Positions 12,601 through 25,000 of a stretch of DNA of 64,000 bases are shown in pieces; the first letter of the stretch is position 1, and every line of letters starts with the position of its first letter. The stretch comes from Phoronis australis. Taxonomy: Eukaryota > Animalia > Phoronida. The stretch covers positions 244,710 through 308,709 of the forward strand of contig NMRA01000489.1 in NCBI GenBank assembly GCA_002633005.1. The letters run 5' to 3'. The position numbers and the translations under genes were made by a program. Below the pieces are notes generated by a model. The model saw only the letters and a list, made by a program, of their open reading frames with translations. It searched no databases and was not told where the DNA came from.

Positions 12601-15141
12601 GTCTGCAATTAGTCTTTTATTGCTTATTGGGGATTCCCCTTTGGTTATTTATTACTTAGAGTGTGACAGACTGAAAATCAAAGGATGGCTGTTTAAAGCT
12701 GAGTTAAGATACAAATAAGCCAGAGATTATTGTTTGGTTACAAGTCGTCTGAAGCAATAACGACCTTTCGTATGCCTAAATCGAAAGTTGTGTTTTGATA
12801 GAGGGCACCAGTTTACCGTATCGCTCTTTAAATTGCGGAAAGGCAAGTAACGCTTCCTTTACTATGACTGCAAAATTGTCGGTATGTACATATAGGTTAT
12901 CCCACATACATAGGAATACTACCGCTGTATTCAATCTTGAATTCATTTCATCTGGGAATGCACTCCCTACCTTTAATTGAACATTTGTGTAGCAGTGTAT
13001 TGTTTTAGCTTCGATGAATTTTTTTAGTTTTCTTGGTATATTTTCGTTTCTTAGCTTCTGGAATGGAAATTGTTATAGACGCATTTTCCAGTGTTCAGAT
13101 CACAGCAATGGAAAATAACTGTGGAAACTGTGCTGATTTGCAGAATTTAAGGTACTATAAGGACTATATTGCGAAAAGCAGATTTTCTGTTACCAGCGAG
13201 GGAGAGTTGAGGAATGCTGTGAGCAGATGATTGTATCAGTAAAAAACACACTTTCCTGTAAAAATCTTAATTTTCAGTGTAGATATAGTGTATGCAGCTG
13301 TGATAAAATGTTTTTGTTAGATTTGAATTAGATTTTTGGGTGATTTTGTTGGCCGGGTATGCTGTTTAGCGGGCAACTGACCTATTTATGATGACCCAGA
13401 TTGAAACTTAGAGGGGCCTAAAATATCCTCCTGATCACTGTGCAGTAGAATTTTGTGGGTAAATTTTTGCGGCTTTTAGAGCAGTAAATCTGCTTTTTCA
13501 GGAACAACGCCTTGGATCTATGTTTTAGGTAACCTAAATGAACGAGCCCAATCCAATTCGGTGCTGTACAAGTGAATTTACTCCACGGGCAGGAGACTGC
13601 ACATCAACTGTGAAAAAAAAAAAGAAAAAAACTGAAATTCAGCCTCTACCGTTGTTTATGGATTGGCTCTACTTTTCCCTATTTCATGGCATATTGAATA
13701 CCCGTATTTACACGTATATGGCTTTTTATTGCTGTCATTGAATAATGTCAATTTTTATTATGACCGCACATCTAGCTACATTGCTGCATTAAGGTTACAA
13801 AGTTTATTTGAAGAAGTGGAGAAAATATTAAGTGCCCAAGGAGTTTGAAATATAATCTATCATTGAAAAGTTGGGTCATATCTATCTTCTATTTTGAAAC
13901 ACAGAAAGAATGTTCATTTTGATAATTGTAAAATAAGTGTTTCTAAAAGTTTTCTTGGTAAATAATGTCCTTTGCTCTCTTGGCAAATTTTGGTATGTGA
14001 AATCCCAAATTAAGTAGGATGAGTTCAAAATTGTCGAACATTTGCTTTATCTTATTGGAAATCCAAGTGTGCCATTTCCATTGACGTTTTACTCGCTATT
14101 CTGATAACTATTTTTATCGCTATTTTATCACTACTTAAATGTACCAAATGCAGTTTACACAAACTATAATTCTTATTTGGTTTGAGACAGCCACTAAAAA
14201 TTGTGGATTTATTAAGCAACAAATGCCAAGTAAAATTATGGAGCTCCTGCTCAGAGGCCAATTAGGCAATGTCAAGATAGATTCCTTAGTTTGTTTTTTT
14301 TGTTAAAATGATAAGGCATGGTAAAGGAGACATCAAAATTATTCCAATTGAAAATTTTATGGTGCACTTAACAGGCTACTTAAAATAGCGCTTGATCTTT
14401 TCTGTCTATTTGACGCAGTTAGCTTACGAGGTATTCATTGAGTTGGGTTTTTGTTTGTGACTGATTTGATACAGGAAGTTATTATACCTGATGATTAATA
14501 TGTACCCATTTGTCAGTCAGACGTGAGTAGCTGTCTGGATTGCATCTCCTTGATCTGGTGTTCTATTTTCGGTTGTAGAAGGAAAGAATTGGCAAATACA
14601 GTTTCATGGATTAATACTCTCATTTGTCTCTTTTATTTTTGGTTTCAGTCTAAAAACACACTTTTAGGAAGGCCTGTTTGTCCCTTTCATGTGCAATATA
14701 AACAATGCCTTGTAAATGATATAAAAAATATTCAGACCACTGTATAGGAGCCAAATTAGAGATTCTGTATATAGCCATGTTTTGTTGACTATTTAATTCA
14801 TGTTTACAAAAACACAGCAGCTGCAATGAATTTATTTTTCTCTTTTTTGATGTCACGGAAAAACTTTATTGCCAAAATTAAAATTTTCTGTTGTTCAAAT
14901 CCTGATTATGTAGATGTTGAAAATGTAAAAATTTACTTCGCTATAAGCAATCATGCACAATGAAGTAAAACTTATCTGTTTTTGTATTGATAAATATAGG
15001 AAGTTCTGGTGCCTTATACTAAAGAGCGTAACTTACAGTATCACTCTAAGTTATTAACTAATCAGCAGTATTTATTCTTCTGCTGAAGAACTGTCCAGTG
15101 TCCAGTCCATCTACTGTCAACCTGGCATATAATGCAACTCT

Positions 15142-15587
15142 TATGCTAACAGGATTTGCATGCAAGTAGACGAAAAAGCGTGCACTGTTTACCCCACAGT
15201 ATCCAGCAAAGTCTCTGGCACATCAATGGCTTGACAGGGCCGTCATGAGCGAATCACTATTCATGGGCTTGGCTGAACGTGTTGGATGAGATGATTGCTG
15301 TTGTAAACCAACATTCCTGTATAGTAGCATACGAGTTACAAAGTCAAAAAATAAACAATAAGTAATACAAGAAACCAACTTGACCGTAAATTTTAAAATT
15401 GACAAATAGAGATAGCTGTCATTGTATTTTAAAATTAAAGCATTGTAAGAGAAATAAGCGAATGTGTTTTCTTCAGCATTGCGGTTAAACCACAAACATT
15501 AATTTTGGAATTGATTCTGACGGTTATTCACAGTCTGGCTTAGGCTCGCTTAGGTGTTACGGTAACAAAACCCCAAATGTTAGCGTA
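15142..15587. mobile_element. TA-flanked MITE family A, copy 1
   Basis: Ends tatgctaaca / tgttagcgta form a short TIR. Colinear with 23280-23732 along its length (atttgcatgcaagtaga...cagtctggcttaggctcgctta...gttagcgta). Confidence 0.75.
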
Positions 15588-16012
15588 GGAGTTATGTCAT
15601 TGTGGTCAGACTGTCATATTCAAAATTTGTATCACAAGACCTGAGGCAACTGGAACAACAGTTTGGCCTTAGACGATGAGAAACAGTTCTTCTCATGGTA
15701 ATAATTCAAATACACTGACTTGACTGGTTGCCACCACTTTCATTTATGCACCCAAGATGATATAGGACCCATCTCAGATACCTACCCAAAATTGCCCAAA
15801 ATGCTGACATAAGTTGGCAGCATGTCCTTAAGCTTCCAACCCCTTTTTATGGGTGAACCCCCCGGACTGGCATGCCGCTACCAATGTTCCTTCTCAGTGT
15901 TTTTAGTCTGGAACATCTCTTCCATGCGCTGTGTTATGACCTGATAGAATTTACCTGTGTTTTCAGGTGAGAAGATTCCTGTGGTGATGTTGCTGCCACT
16001 ACAATAACAAGG

Positions 16013-16078
16013 ATGGCGTTGGTGGAGCTAGAGACGGTGGCTGCAGCCAACTGGTCCTATCTTGCTACTCATTCGAAT
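16013..16078 (+). CDS. BVES-like probable first coding exon (exon 15967-16078 including 5' UTR)
   Basis: Acceptor tttcag at 15961-15966, aggATGg start context, MALVELETVAAANWSYLATHSN, donor gtaaga at 16079 in phase 0, matching the phase-0 acceptor at 38037. An alternative start is the ATG at 38094. Confidence 0.6.
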
Positions 16079-19000
16079 GTAAGAGCTTAATGACTTGATC
16101 TTGATTGCTCATTGCTATACCCTCGTTTTTAAAATATTGAGAGCAAGCTCTTCATGACAGAGGCGAGCTTATCTCCTAATCTATGAGGAATATTTATGAG
16201 AATTTTTGATTTTTGTCAGACGTTGGATTTGTTCTGAAATGTTTAGAAAGTTTAAAAATTATGTGTTAGTCTTCACCATATGTTTCGTGTGCATTTTAAA
16301 ATGTTGATAATTAGGAATCATGGTATGTCACCTCACAAAAACGTTGGATCATTTTGCTATACTATTGAAAAACAGCCATGGAACCTACAAGGGGTTGGCG
16401 AGTGTGTAACGCCCTCAATAATAGATGATTTGCATGCAGGAAAGAAAAGTACTATGTGATGTTTTAGTTTGAGACAGATAGTAAAAATGAAACATTGGTA
16501 ATTTCTGTCCCAAGAAGCATTTGCCGTCAACATTTTTTGCAAGAACCTGTCTGGCTTAGTAGCAGTTGATCACAACACCTATAAACCCTGTTTGTACCAA
16601 AAACGACTTTTTACGTGTATTTGCTCATATTAAGTAACTTCATGGTTCTCTTATCCTTTGCTCAACATGAAATTGGCTGCAAGCTTAAAGTAATTTTCAT
16701 GGTAGTCATATTGCTTCAACGGCTAAAATTAACTCATCGTAACAATCAAACTTTGTGTCTGCAGTTATACTCTACTTTCCTCTCAAGCTTAGGAATTACT
16801 TTGTGTCTGCAGTTATACTCTACTTTCCTCTCAAGCTTAGGAATTACTTTGTGTCTGCAGTTATACTCTACTTTCCTCTCAAGCTTAGGAATTACTTTGT
16901 GTCTGCAGTTATACTCTACTTTCCTCTCAAGCTTAGGAATTACTTTTAAATCTGAGTAAAGAACAAGATGAGACCAATTTTACATCGTTAAGAACTTTGC
17001 CTCAATGAAAAGTTGATTTTTTGACAGAAGATGGAGGTTATTTGCACTTTAACATGTCTACTGTGTAGCAATATAATGGGACCCACTTTGCAACACCAAG
17101 GTAGCATTCCACGTTTCTTGTGATTGGTCATCGAAGCTGGAAGGTTGAATTATAAATAGGATTGAAGATTCACTGTTTTTGTTCCAAAAACAAACAGATT
17201 TTTTCCGCGAGTGCAAACTCATGTCTTGAGTCTCAGGAACCCTACTGTGTTTGTTGACAATTTGACTTCCAGGGAACAATAATTCGCTTTGCTGATCAAA
17301 TCAGTCACTGAATGCAAACAACTGAGATTCCCAGGCTGTCTCTTTTCTGTTATCTGATCGCTGTTCTTGCATGCTGTTCAAGTATGGTTACCGGGCTGTG
17401 TTCTGTAGGTACAAGAGCCTAGCAAAAAGCAAGGTCATTAAAGACAATGCAAAATTCTGTGAGTGTAAATTGGTTGTTTCACAAGCCTGTATGGGAGCTA
17501 AATGGCCTACCTTAGCAAAACGATGACCATTGATATGACAACTCAAGCTAAGGTGATTCCGTCCCAAACAAAATCCATTTTCTTTCTGAATGGTGATTAA
17601 ATATAAACTTATGCCATGGCTTGTGTGCACTGACAATTTAGCTCATCTCTTACACTCAAATGTCCCGGAATAGATGCTTTTTGGGCTTGGAGGGTGTAAC
17701 TCAATTACCCATGATGGCTTAGAATCTTATGGATTGTTGTAAACCATTGATGTCAGTTCGCACACAATGGGCAAGGTCATTGGAAGCATTTCTTTGTGAA
17801 CCCTCTCAGCCATACAATTGCCCCAGTTGACCTTCCTAAGTAAACACAGGGTTTATATTCTTGACTGAGAAGATAATTGTTTTATTGCCCCATATGGGTT
17901 TTTAATAGCCAAGTCCAGAATGATGTACACATTGCTAGCAAGGTTTTTCAAGTTTAATAAGGTAGGCCCAAGATGCTTGGTAATATTGACAAGCTTGAAT
18001 AGCACTGTCCCAGGGGCAGATCCAGGATTTTGAGTTGGGAGAGGCCAGGGCAGAGTATTAGCCATGATTTTGCCCTCAGACATTCACACCCCCGAACTGC
18101 CAAATGTAATCTGGTAGCATTTTAGGGGGAGCCATGGCCCCCTTGTCCCCCCTTTAAATCCGCCACTGTGTCCAGGCCTAAATAAGGTTGCACATTTCAC
18201 CGTTTGATTACTTTGATTACGGTAGCATGTCAGTAAGGATTATTCAAGCTTGATGAATTGAGTGTCACATCGTTTACCCCTGGGTGCAAACAATGAGGCT
18301 GGAGACGTAGCATGTAGAAACCATTCCCTCCATCCCATGTTGTATGTAATTCTTGTGTTGTGCCTAGAGATTTGAGGTGAGATCAGAATTAGTTTGTGAT
18401 TAATCCAAGTGGATTAATGTTGACCATCCTATGAGGGCCTAATTCATTTACTTATGACTGTATATTCCCACAAAACGCTGCTGGTATATAATTGATCTTT
18501 CTATCCCGTTGTTGAGCTGTAGATGGCATCGTCCATTGTGTGCGCGTTAATTTGATTTCGTCTTTAAGTATGTTGACTTTGGGAATATTGGATATATTTG
18601 CTGCCACGAAATGTGATTTTATGATAGAAATGTCTCTGGGTAAGCTAGTCAGGAAATTTGTTGCTTTGATCTGAAATTTGCGTAAAGATATAATAGTCAG
18701 TGAAACATGGTGATACGGACTGAAATAGTTATGATCATTTTTCTGTCTTATACATAATTATGAAGGGAATCTTACAGAGACCAAAATAACATCTAGTCTG
18801 AATCTGATGGTCTTTTTTGTCTGCAAGACCTATGTAACATCAACTGCTATTTCAGTAGAACATTACGTAGTAGTGTGTGCCATGCATGAAATACTTGGAA
18901 TTAGAAATTTGATTACAAGGAACTTGTCATGGGCATACCAGATGTAGGAAACAGTTGTTGGGAGGGGGGGAGGGTGCAAAGTGAGGCTGCATGGTTGATT

Positions 19001-22000
19001 TCTCATTTGGTTGGCAATACTGGATGGAAAATGGGTAAGGGTTCTCCATGACACAATTTTGGAGGATACAGTGTATTTTAGACATTGGCTAACTGTACAA
19101 AGTACCTAAGTATCCATTTACAAATGATCAGTAAATGGCCATGCAAGAAAACCAAGGCATGTTCTTAGTATGTTGTTGCCGGTTTGAACTATTCACTGTA
19201 ACTTTCTCCTAGCTAATTGTAGACCCATGTGAAAACTCAGGACTTAATTGGGTGGAAGGAGTTATCATAGAAACCGATTATATTTTGTTATTACCTTCAT
19301 CCTTGGTTTCCTGTTGTAATGAGAAACTTGTACTTTTACATGTTGGTATGCTTTTAACTGAGTGCTCAAGAATACTCAGACGTGATGGCATTGGACTAAT
19401 CTTTGGTTGTTTTGTGCAAAGCTAATTGCCAAAATCATTATTTTTCAATTTTGAAAGGCTTATTATGTTGCTGTAAGTAACTTATTAAACAAAAGATCGT
19501 TTTATGTGATCTACACGGTACAAGCAAGCGAAGAGCAAGTGACTAAAATTTTCCTAATCTTTATTTTTGTTGCTTGTGCGCCATATTGAGTGCTAATTAT
19601 AGGTGATTGGTTTAGATTATTATTGATGTTTTAAGTCAATCACTTTCAAGTTAGGCAAAGAATGATCAACAACAGGACATTGCCATTTTATTATGCCTTT
19701 TGTGTTGCTTATATTAATAAAGCCAACACCTGCCTTACAGGTTATGTGAACAGTATTATTATCTATAGAAAGAATGCATATGTCACCATTGTAGTTTAAT
19801 GATTGCTGGCTAATAGAAATTTATGGTGAAATTTACTCAGTTTTTCTTTAGAAACCATTTCATAGAATGTCATTGAAACAAAATATGCTTTTGAAACTTG
19901 AGACCTCCTGTACCAGTCCATTACAGAAGTATCATTTTGATGTTATTTTCAAAAACATTTTTGTCAATTTTTTCTGTTAATTGCATTGGGGGACTTGCCT
20001 GTCCTTCCCCACTAAATACTACACCTATGTTTCTGACTTCACATTTATGACTGATGACTGATGCTTCCAGTCATCAGTCATCGAGTGTTAGTGATCTAAA
20101 ACCTTTAATTACTTGAGAACTGTTCCCCTTACTTGTAATCTCATGGCATGCTGTTAAAAAAGCGGTCCCTTAATATTCCTTACTGTGATATGATTCTGTT
20201 TCCATTCTTAACAAGAACATCAGAACCATCAGTAACTCAGACAACGCTTGAGTTTATCAAGCTTGCGTGGCCATTCATGAAATTACGAATTTGAATATGG
20301 TGCAGTTGCAGGCATCGCCTGTTACTAGGAGTTGCTTGTTCATTAGGCAATCAAGATTGGATAAGCAGAGTTATGGTTTTAAACCCAAAGCATCTCGATT
20401 AAGAATTCCACATTGATGGGTGAACAGTGGTAATGTGCTCCTTAATTTTTTGGATGTGAGTACCGACATTGAATTCATTATTTTTGTTGCCAGCAGTTTC
20501 ACAGTTTGACCTAATTGTAATATAGAATTTTCTTGAATTTACTTAGTTAGAATAAATCCTCAAAACACTTTATTTTTGTGTCAAAAGCATTCTTCTTCAA
20601 TATCATACTGATATTCAGCCTGTTCTGTTAAAGAAATGACTTCATTTGCATTTGTCAAATATACAAATCAGTGATTGAATTTACAGGCCCCTTCATACTA
20701 ACGTCGGCATGTTGATGTTTTGGGGAGTTGCAGTCAGTATGAACGGTTCACTTTGGTCCTGGATTGAAGTTAACAGTGTCAGTTAACTTTGCAGTAAATA
20801 GGTGTTTTTAACAGTGGAGCGTCGATGCTGTGGAGCAATATAACAGTCAAGTTCGGTTTTATTGAAGTTATCGCCAGCGGGCCACCGTTATCGTTAAGAA
20901 TTGAAGGGCACTGTGTCGTCGCTTATAGTTGCTTGTATTTTGCTCCAGTAATCACCAATCAAATTAGAAATAGGTTTTATGTAAAATGTCACATGTAAGT
21001 GTTCTCATGTCACATTAAAAAATCTTAGGGTGCATGGGATGCATCAGCGCTACCTTGTGATTTTTTTCAATGATGGCAGCATTTCCTTCCGTTTACTTGG
21101 ATGCCGTTAACCGTACCGAAGCTGGTATGAATGATTCAATTAAATTCATTCGTAGTTTACATCGACGCTTCACTCCTACCGGATTTAAGTTAGTATGAAA
21201 GGGCCTTACCAGACATTTTCTTAATATGTTAATTGCTGATGACCAGGGGTTAAGGGTAGTATTAATACAAGTATTCAGATTTTTGACTTTTGCAATTTTA
21301 ATCTTTGTATTTTCATTTACATTTTTTGTGAAAATTATTGAAATTGTTTATGAATAATGTACATTTTGTGTCTGAAAATATTACCCTATGTCACTGCACA
21401 GTCCATCACTTGAAAAGTAATTAACTTAAAGAATACAAGATATCAGCACAGACTGATCTGAATTATCACACTGCAACACAAACCCCTTTTGTCAGAACAA
21501 ACAATAGATCAGGCAGTTGTATTGGTTTTGGCTGGGGGATATGCTTATATTTTAAGAAAAAAACTCGAAATGCTGCTGAGTACAAGCAGATATTAAGGTC
21601 GCTTTCCCATGAGGAGAACTTCGGATTAACAAAGCTTCGTTGAAACTTCGTTTACTTTTCCCACTTAACAGCGATATCGAAGTTATTGCAATGACAACAG
21701 ACGATGCAGTTCATTCGTACTCTTAAACAAATATTGAGTAGTGGGTTCGAGGGTAACTGTATGCCATTTACAAGTATTTTTTAAAAATGATCAGTGTCAT
21801 TCTTCTTCAGATATGCTTTCTTTTATTTATTTACGCCATTTATTGAGAGCACGTCGGCAAGCTACAATAAAAAAGAAACCTTTTGCAAGCCTGCGCGATC
21901 GTATATTCTTGACGTAACCTCTACCGATAACTGTGAAGAAGCTTTCCTTTTAGTGTTTCTACTACATCGAAGCTTCGGTGAGTACCGAAGCTTAGCTTTT

Positions 22001-25000
22001 CAATCCTATTTTAAGCGAAGTTTCACATCCAAATTAAGTACCAGTCTGAGAGTTAACCTTTCCAGCTTACCGAAACTCTGGTAAAAGGGAAGTTTCGCTT
22101 ATAACATGAAAGCGAATTAAGCAAGTTATTTTGTAGCATGTTCAAGTTGTCTGTGCAATACTATGTAAGTTAAACCGTAGCTTTAAATGGACAGATCTTA
22201 GTTAAAGATGACCATATTGTACTGTTTAGTGACTTTAAATATGCTATTCTTAATTAAAAATTGGATGGTGGTGGCTGTACTCTCGAGTTTATTTCTCTGC
22301 CATGTACTGTTTAATTAAATGCACCTGCATATTGTTATATGTGGGTGGGTGCATAATTTTTCAGTCTGTTTTTAGTGTGCGCTTCTCTATCTGCCAGTGC
22401 GCCTGAAGGATCATAATATTATGAAAATTTGCAAATTTGTTTTCCTGCTGAAAAGACCACGGCTGGTTTTCAAACGGGTCTGACTGTGGCACCTCCTTAG
22501 TGGAAATTTTGTTTTTTTGTCTATACACTGTATCTCCCTAACCCTTTGCAGAACACTGTCTTGTACTTTGACAGGTGTATTTTAGTGACAGCATATGACG
22601 ACTTTTCAGTGGGATCCAACTACTGCTCTGTCTCCTCAGGTGTTTCAATTTTTTAATCTTTGGAGTTCCTTGACAAATTTTCATCAATTCAAATTAAGCA
22701 CATAGTATGTTACTATTAGAGAGACGGTGATGCCTTCCCATGTCTAGAGAGGTTTGATGTATTCTGTGCCACCTAGAGGCCATTGATATACTAATCACAC
22801 CCCAAAAACATTCTGTTTGTGGTGCAGTCCTGTGCACATTTCCTTGGAATTGGTCTTGTCACTAAAATCACCCGATCTGAAGTCTAATACAAATTAACTT
22901 CAAATTCCTAGCAAGGTTTTTATTAAGTTAATATTTTTAAGCTAAAATCTCAAAAACAAAGTACAGTAACAGTAAGCTATATTGGCTTCATACTTGTAAT
23001 TATTTTTCATTAATGACTTGAACGTTTTTTAGAGTAGTGAAATTTCTTTTGGAAAAAAGTATTAAGAAAAATGTATCTTGGAATTAATTTTTTTTGAATA
23101 GTGATTCACAATCATTTTTTTACTTTATTTCGAGTTTTGGAAATTTTAATCATTTTAAAGAGGAGCACAGTTAATTCTTTAGCCAATCGTGGAGTGAGTT
23201 ATGGCAAAAATTCCTGTCACTTGCTATAAGTACCACTGGCGGATTCAGAATGTCACAAGCATTAGGCAAATCTTATGCTACCGTAACAAGATTTGCATGC
23301 AAGTAGATGAGAAAGCTGTGCACTGTTTAGCCCAGGGTATTCAGCAAAGTCCTCAACATATCAAATGCTTGATGGCACTGTCACGGATTGAAGTGAGCTA
23401 GTTGCTATTCATGGGCCTGGCTAAACGTGCTGGATCAGATAATTGTGGTCGTAAACCAACATGCCTGTTTAACTTACGAGTTTCAACATCAAAAAACGAA
23501 TAATAAGTAACGCAAACAACTAACATGACTGTTTTTAAAATTTAAAAGTAAATAGTAGCCATCTTTAAATTTATAAAATTGGTGCATTATAACAGAAATT
23601 AGCAAATAGGTTTTCCTCAGCATCATGGCTAAGCAACGAGCATTAGTTTGAGAATTGATTATGATGGGCTAGTCCCAGTCTGGCTTAGGCTCGCTTAAGC
23701 ATTGGGGTAACAAAATTCCAGTTGTTAGCGTACTAAAAACTGTGATGCTAGCCTTAAAAGGGTGAATGGTTAGAATTTTTCTTGTTCAGGGAATGGTGAC
23801 TTGAAGGAAATGAGTAAACCTGTCCCTGTTCAATAACATTGTAGGTCCTCCATTGCTTTTAATTGAATGGCTAAGTGGTTGGTCTATTCTCAGTTTGTCT
23901 TTGAGAAGTTATCTTAAACTTTACTTTATGTAAATATCAGACCCCATCCCCGGGATCTCCCCTTTGCCAAACTACTGAGCCAGGCATTCCTGTGTAATCC
24001 ACTGTTTACCCCCTATCCGCTGGCAGCTGTTAGTTGGTGTATAGTTCAATTAGAATTCTCTCCCTTGGGATCTGCCATTCGCATTGCTGCATGTCTTAGT
24101 AGACACCACCAACTTGTTCCTGATAATGTTTTGTAAGCTAATCAATATATAGATCTGCTTAGCTGTAGTCATTGATCTGATAATAGCAAGCTACTTAAAA
24201 TAGAACGATCTCAAAGGGACTGTTAAAGTTTCTTTTTTCTTAATATGTTCAAAGGACTGATATAAATCATTAATTTGCTTTTTGTCAGTCTGGTACGACT
24301 ATTGCTCTCTAACTTTACTATGAATCAGGATCTTAAAGCTGTATTTCATCCTGGCTAAAGGCGAAAATTGAATAAGGCCTTTTGCGCTCGTTAAATTGGG
24401 TCATATTCTCTTAGGTGATAGCATTTCATTTACGTTACCAATATAAACATGGAAACTACCGTGACCCAAGAAAACTGTTTGGACTTTATTGGGGTTGGCC
24501 AACCACAAAATTTTAAATTTGAAAATGGTGCACTACTTGATTTGGAAACGAAGTGGAATCCTATCATGCTGTGGAATGAGAGTAAAAGGCTTACATAATT
24601 CGATTTTTCTTTCATTCAGCTGAAGAAGACAAAATGTAACTTAATTGTTACATGATGCTAGATGGCATGAAATCCTGTAGCTGTATTGTTGTAGCATATA
24701 ACTTTTATGAAATAGGGCACTTAGCTATGGGTGAAGCATTCATTTTTACTTTTTGAAAAAATGTACTGTCGTATGTCTCTTTATTTAAGACTGCCAGTTA
24801 AAATAATTATAGGAAAACAAGCCCGGTTGGCCTCATTTCACGTTCTTATTGGCAAGGAAACCATCTTTTGTAAATATTCTGCCACTAGGTGCTGTGCCAC
24901 TGATCACTAATTAAAACTGAAAAAGACATTAAGTGTCAGAATGACTTGCTTTCTGCTGGGAATTGTATTTATGTTACTAGTAATTGGATAAAGGCAATGG

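Noticed and set aside
12740-12900. Possible promoter or first exon of the BVES-like gene
   Set aside because: Locally CpG-enriched with a possible donor (gtatgt), but nothing diagnostic, and a TE origin is equally likely.
16615-16959. Repeat-protein ORFs (also 32043-32565 and 4467-4869)
   Set aside because: These are open frames produced by tandem units whose length is a multiple of 3, with no splice or homology support.
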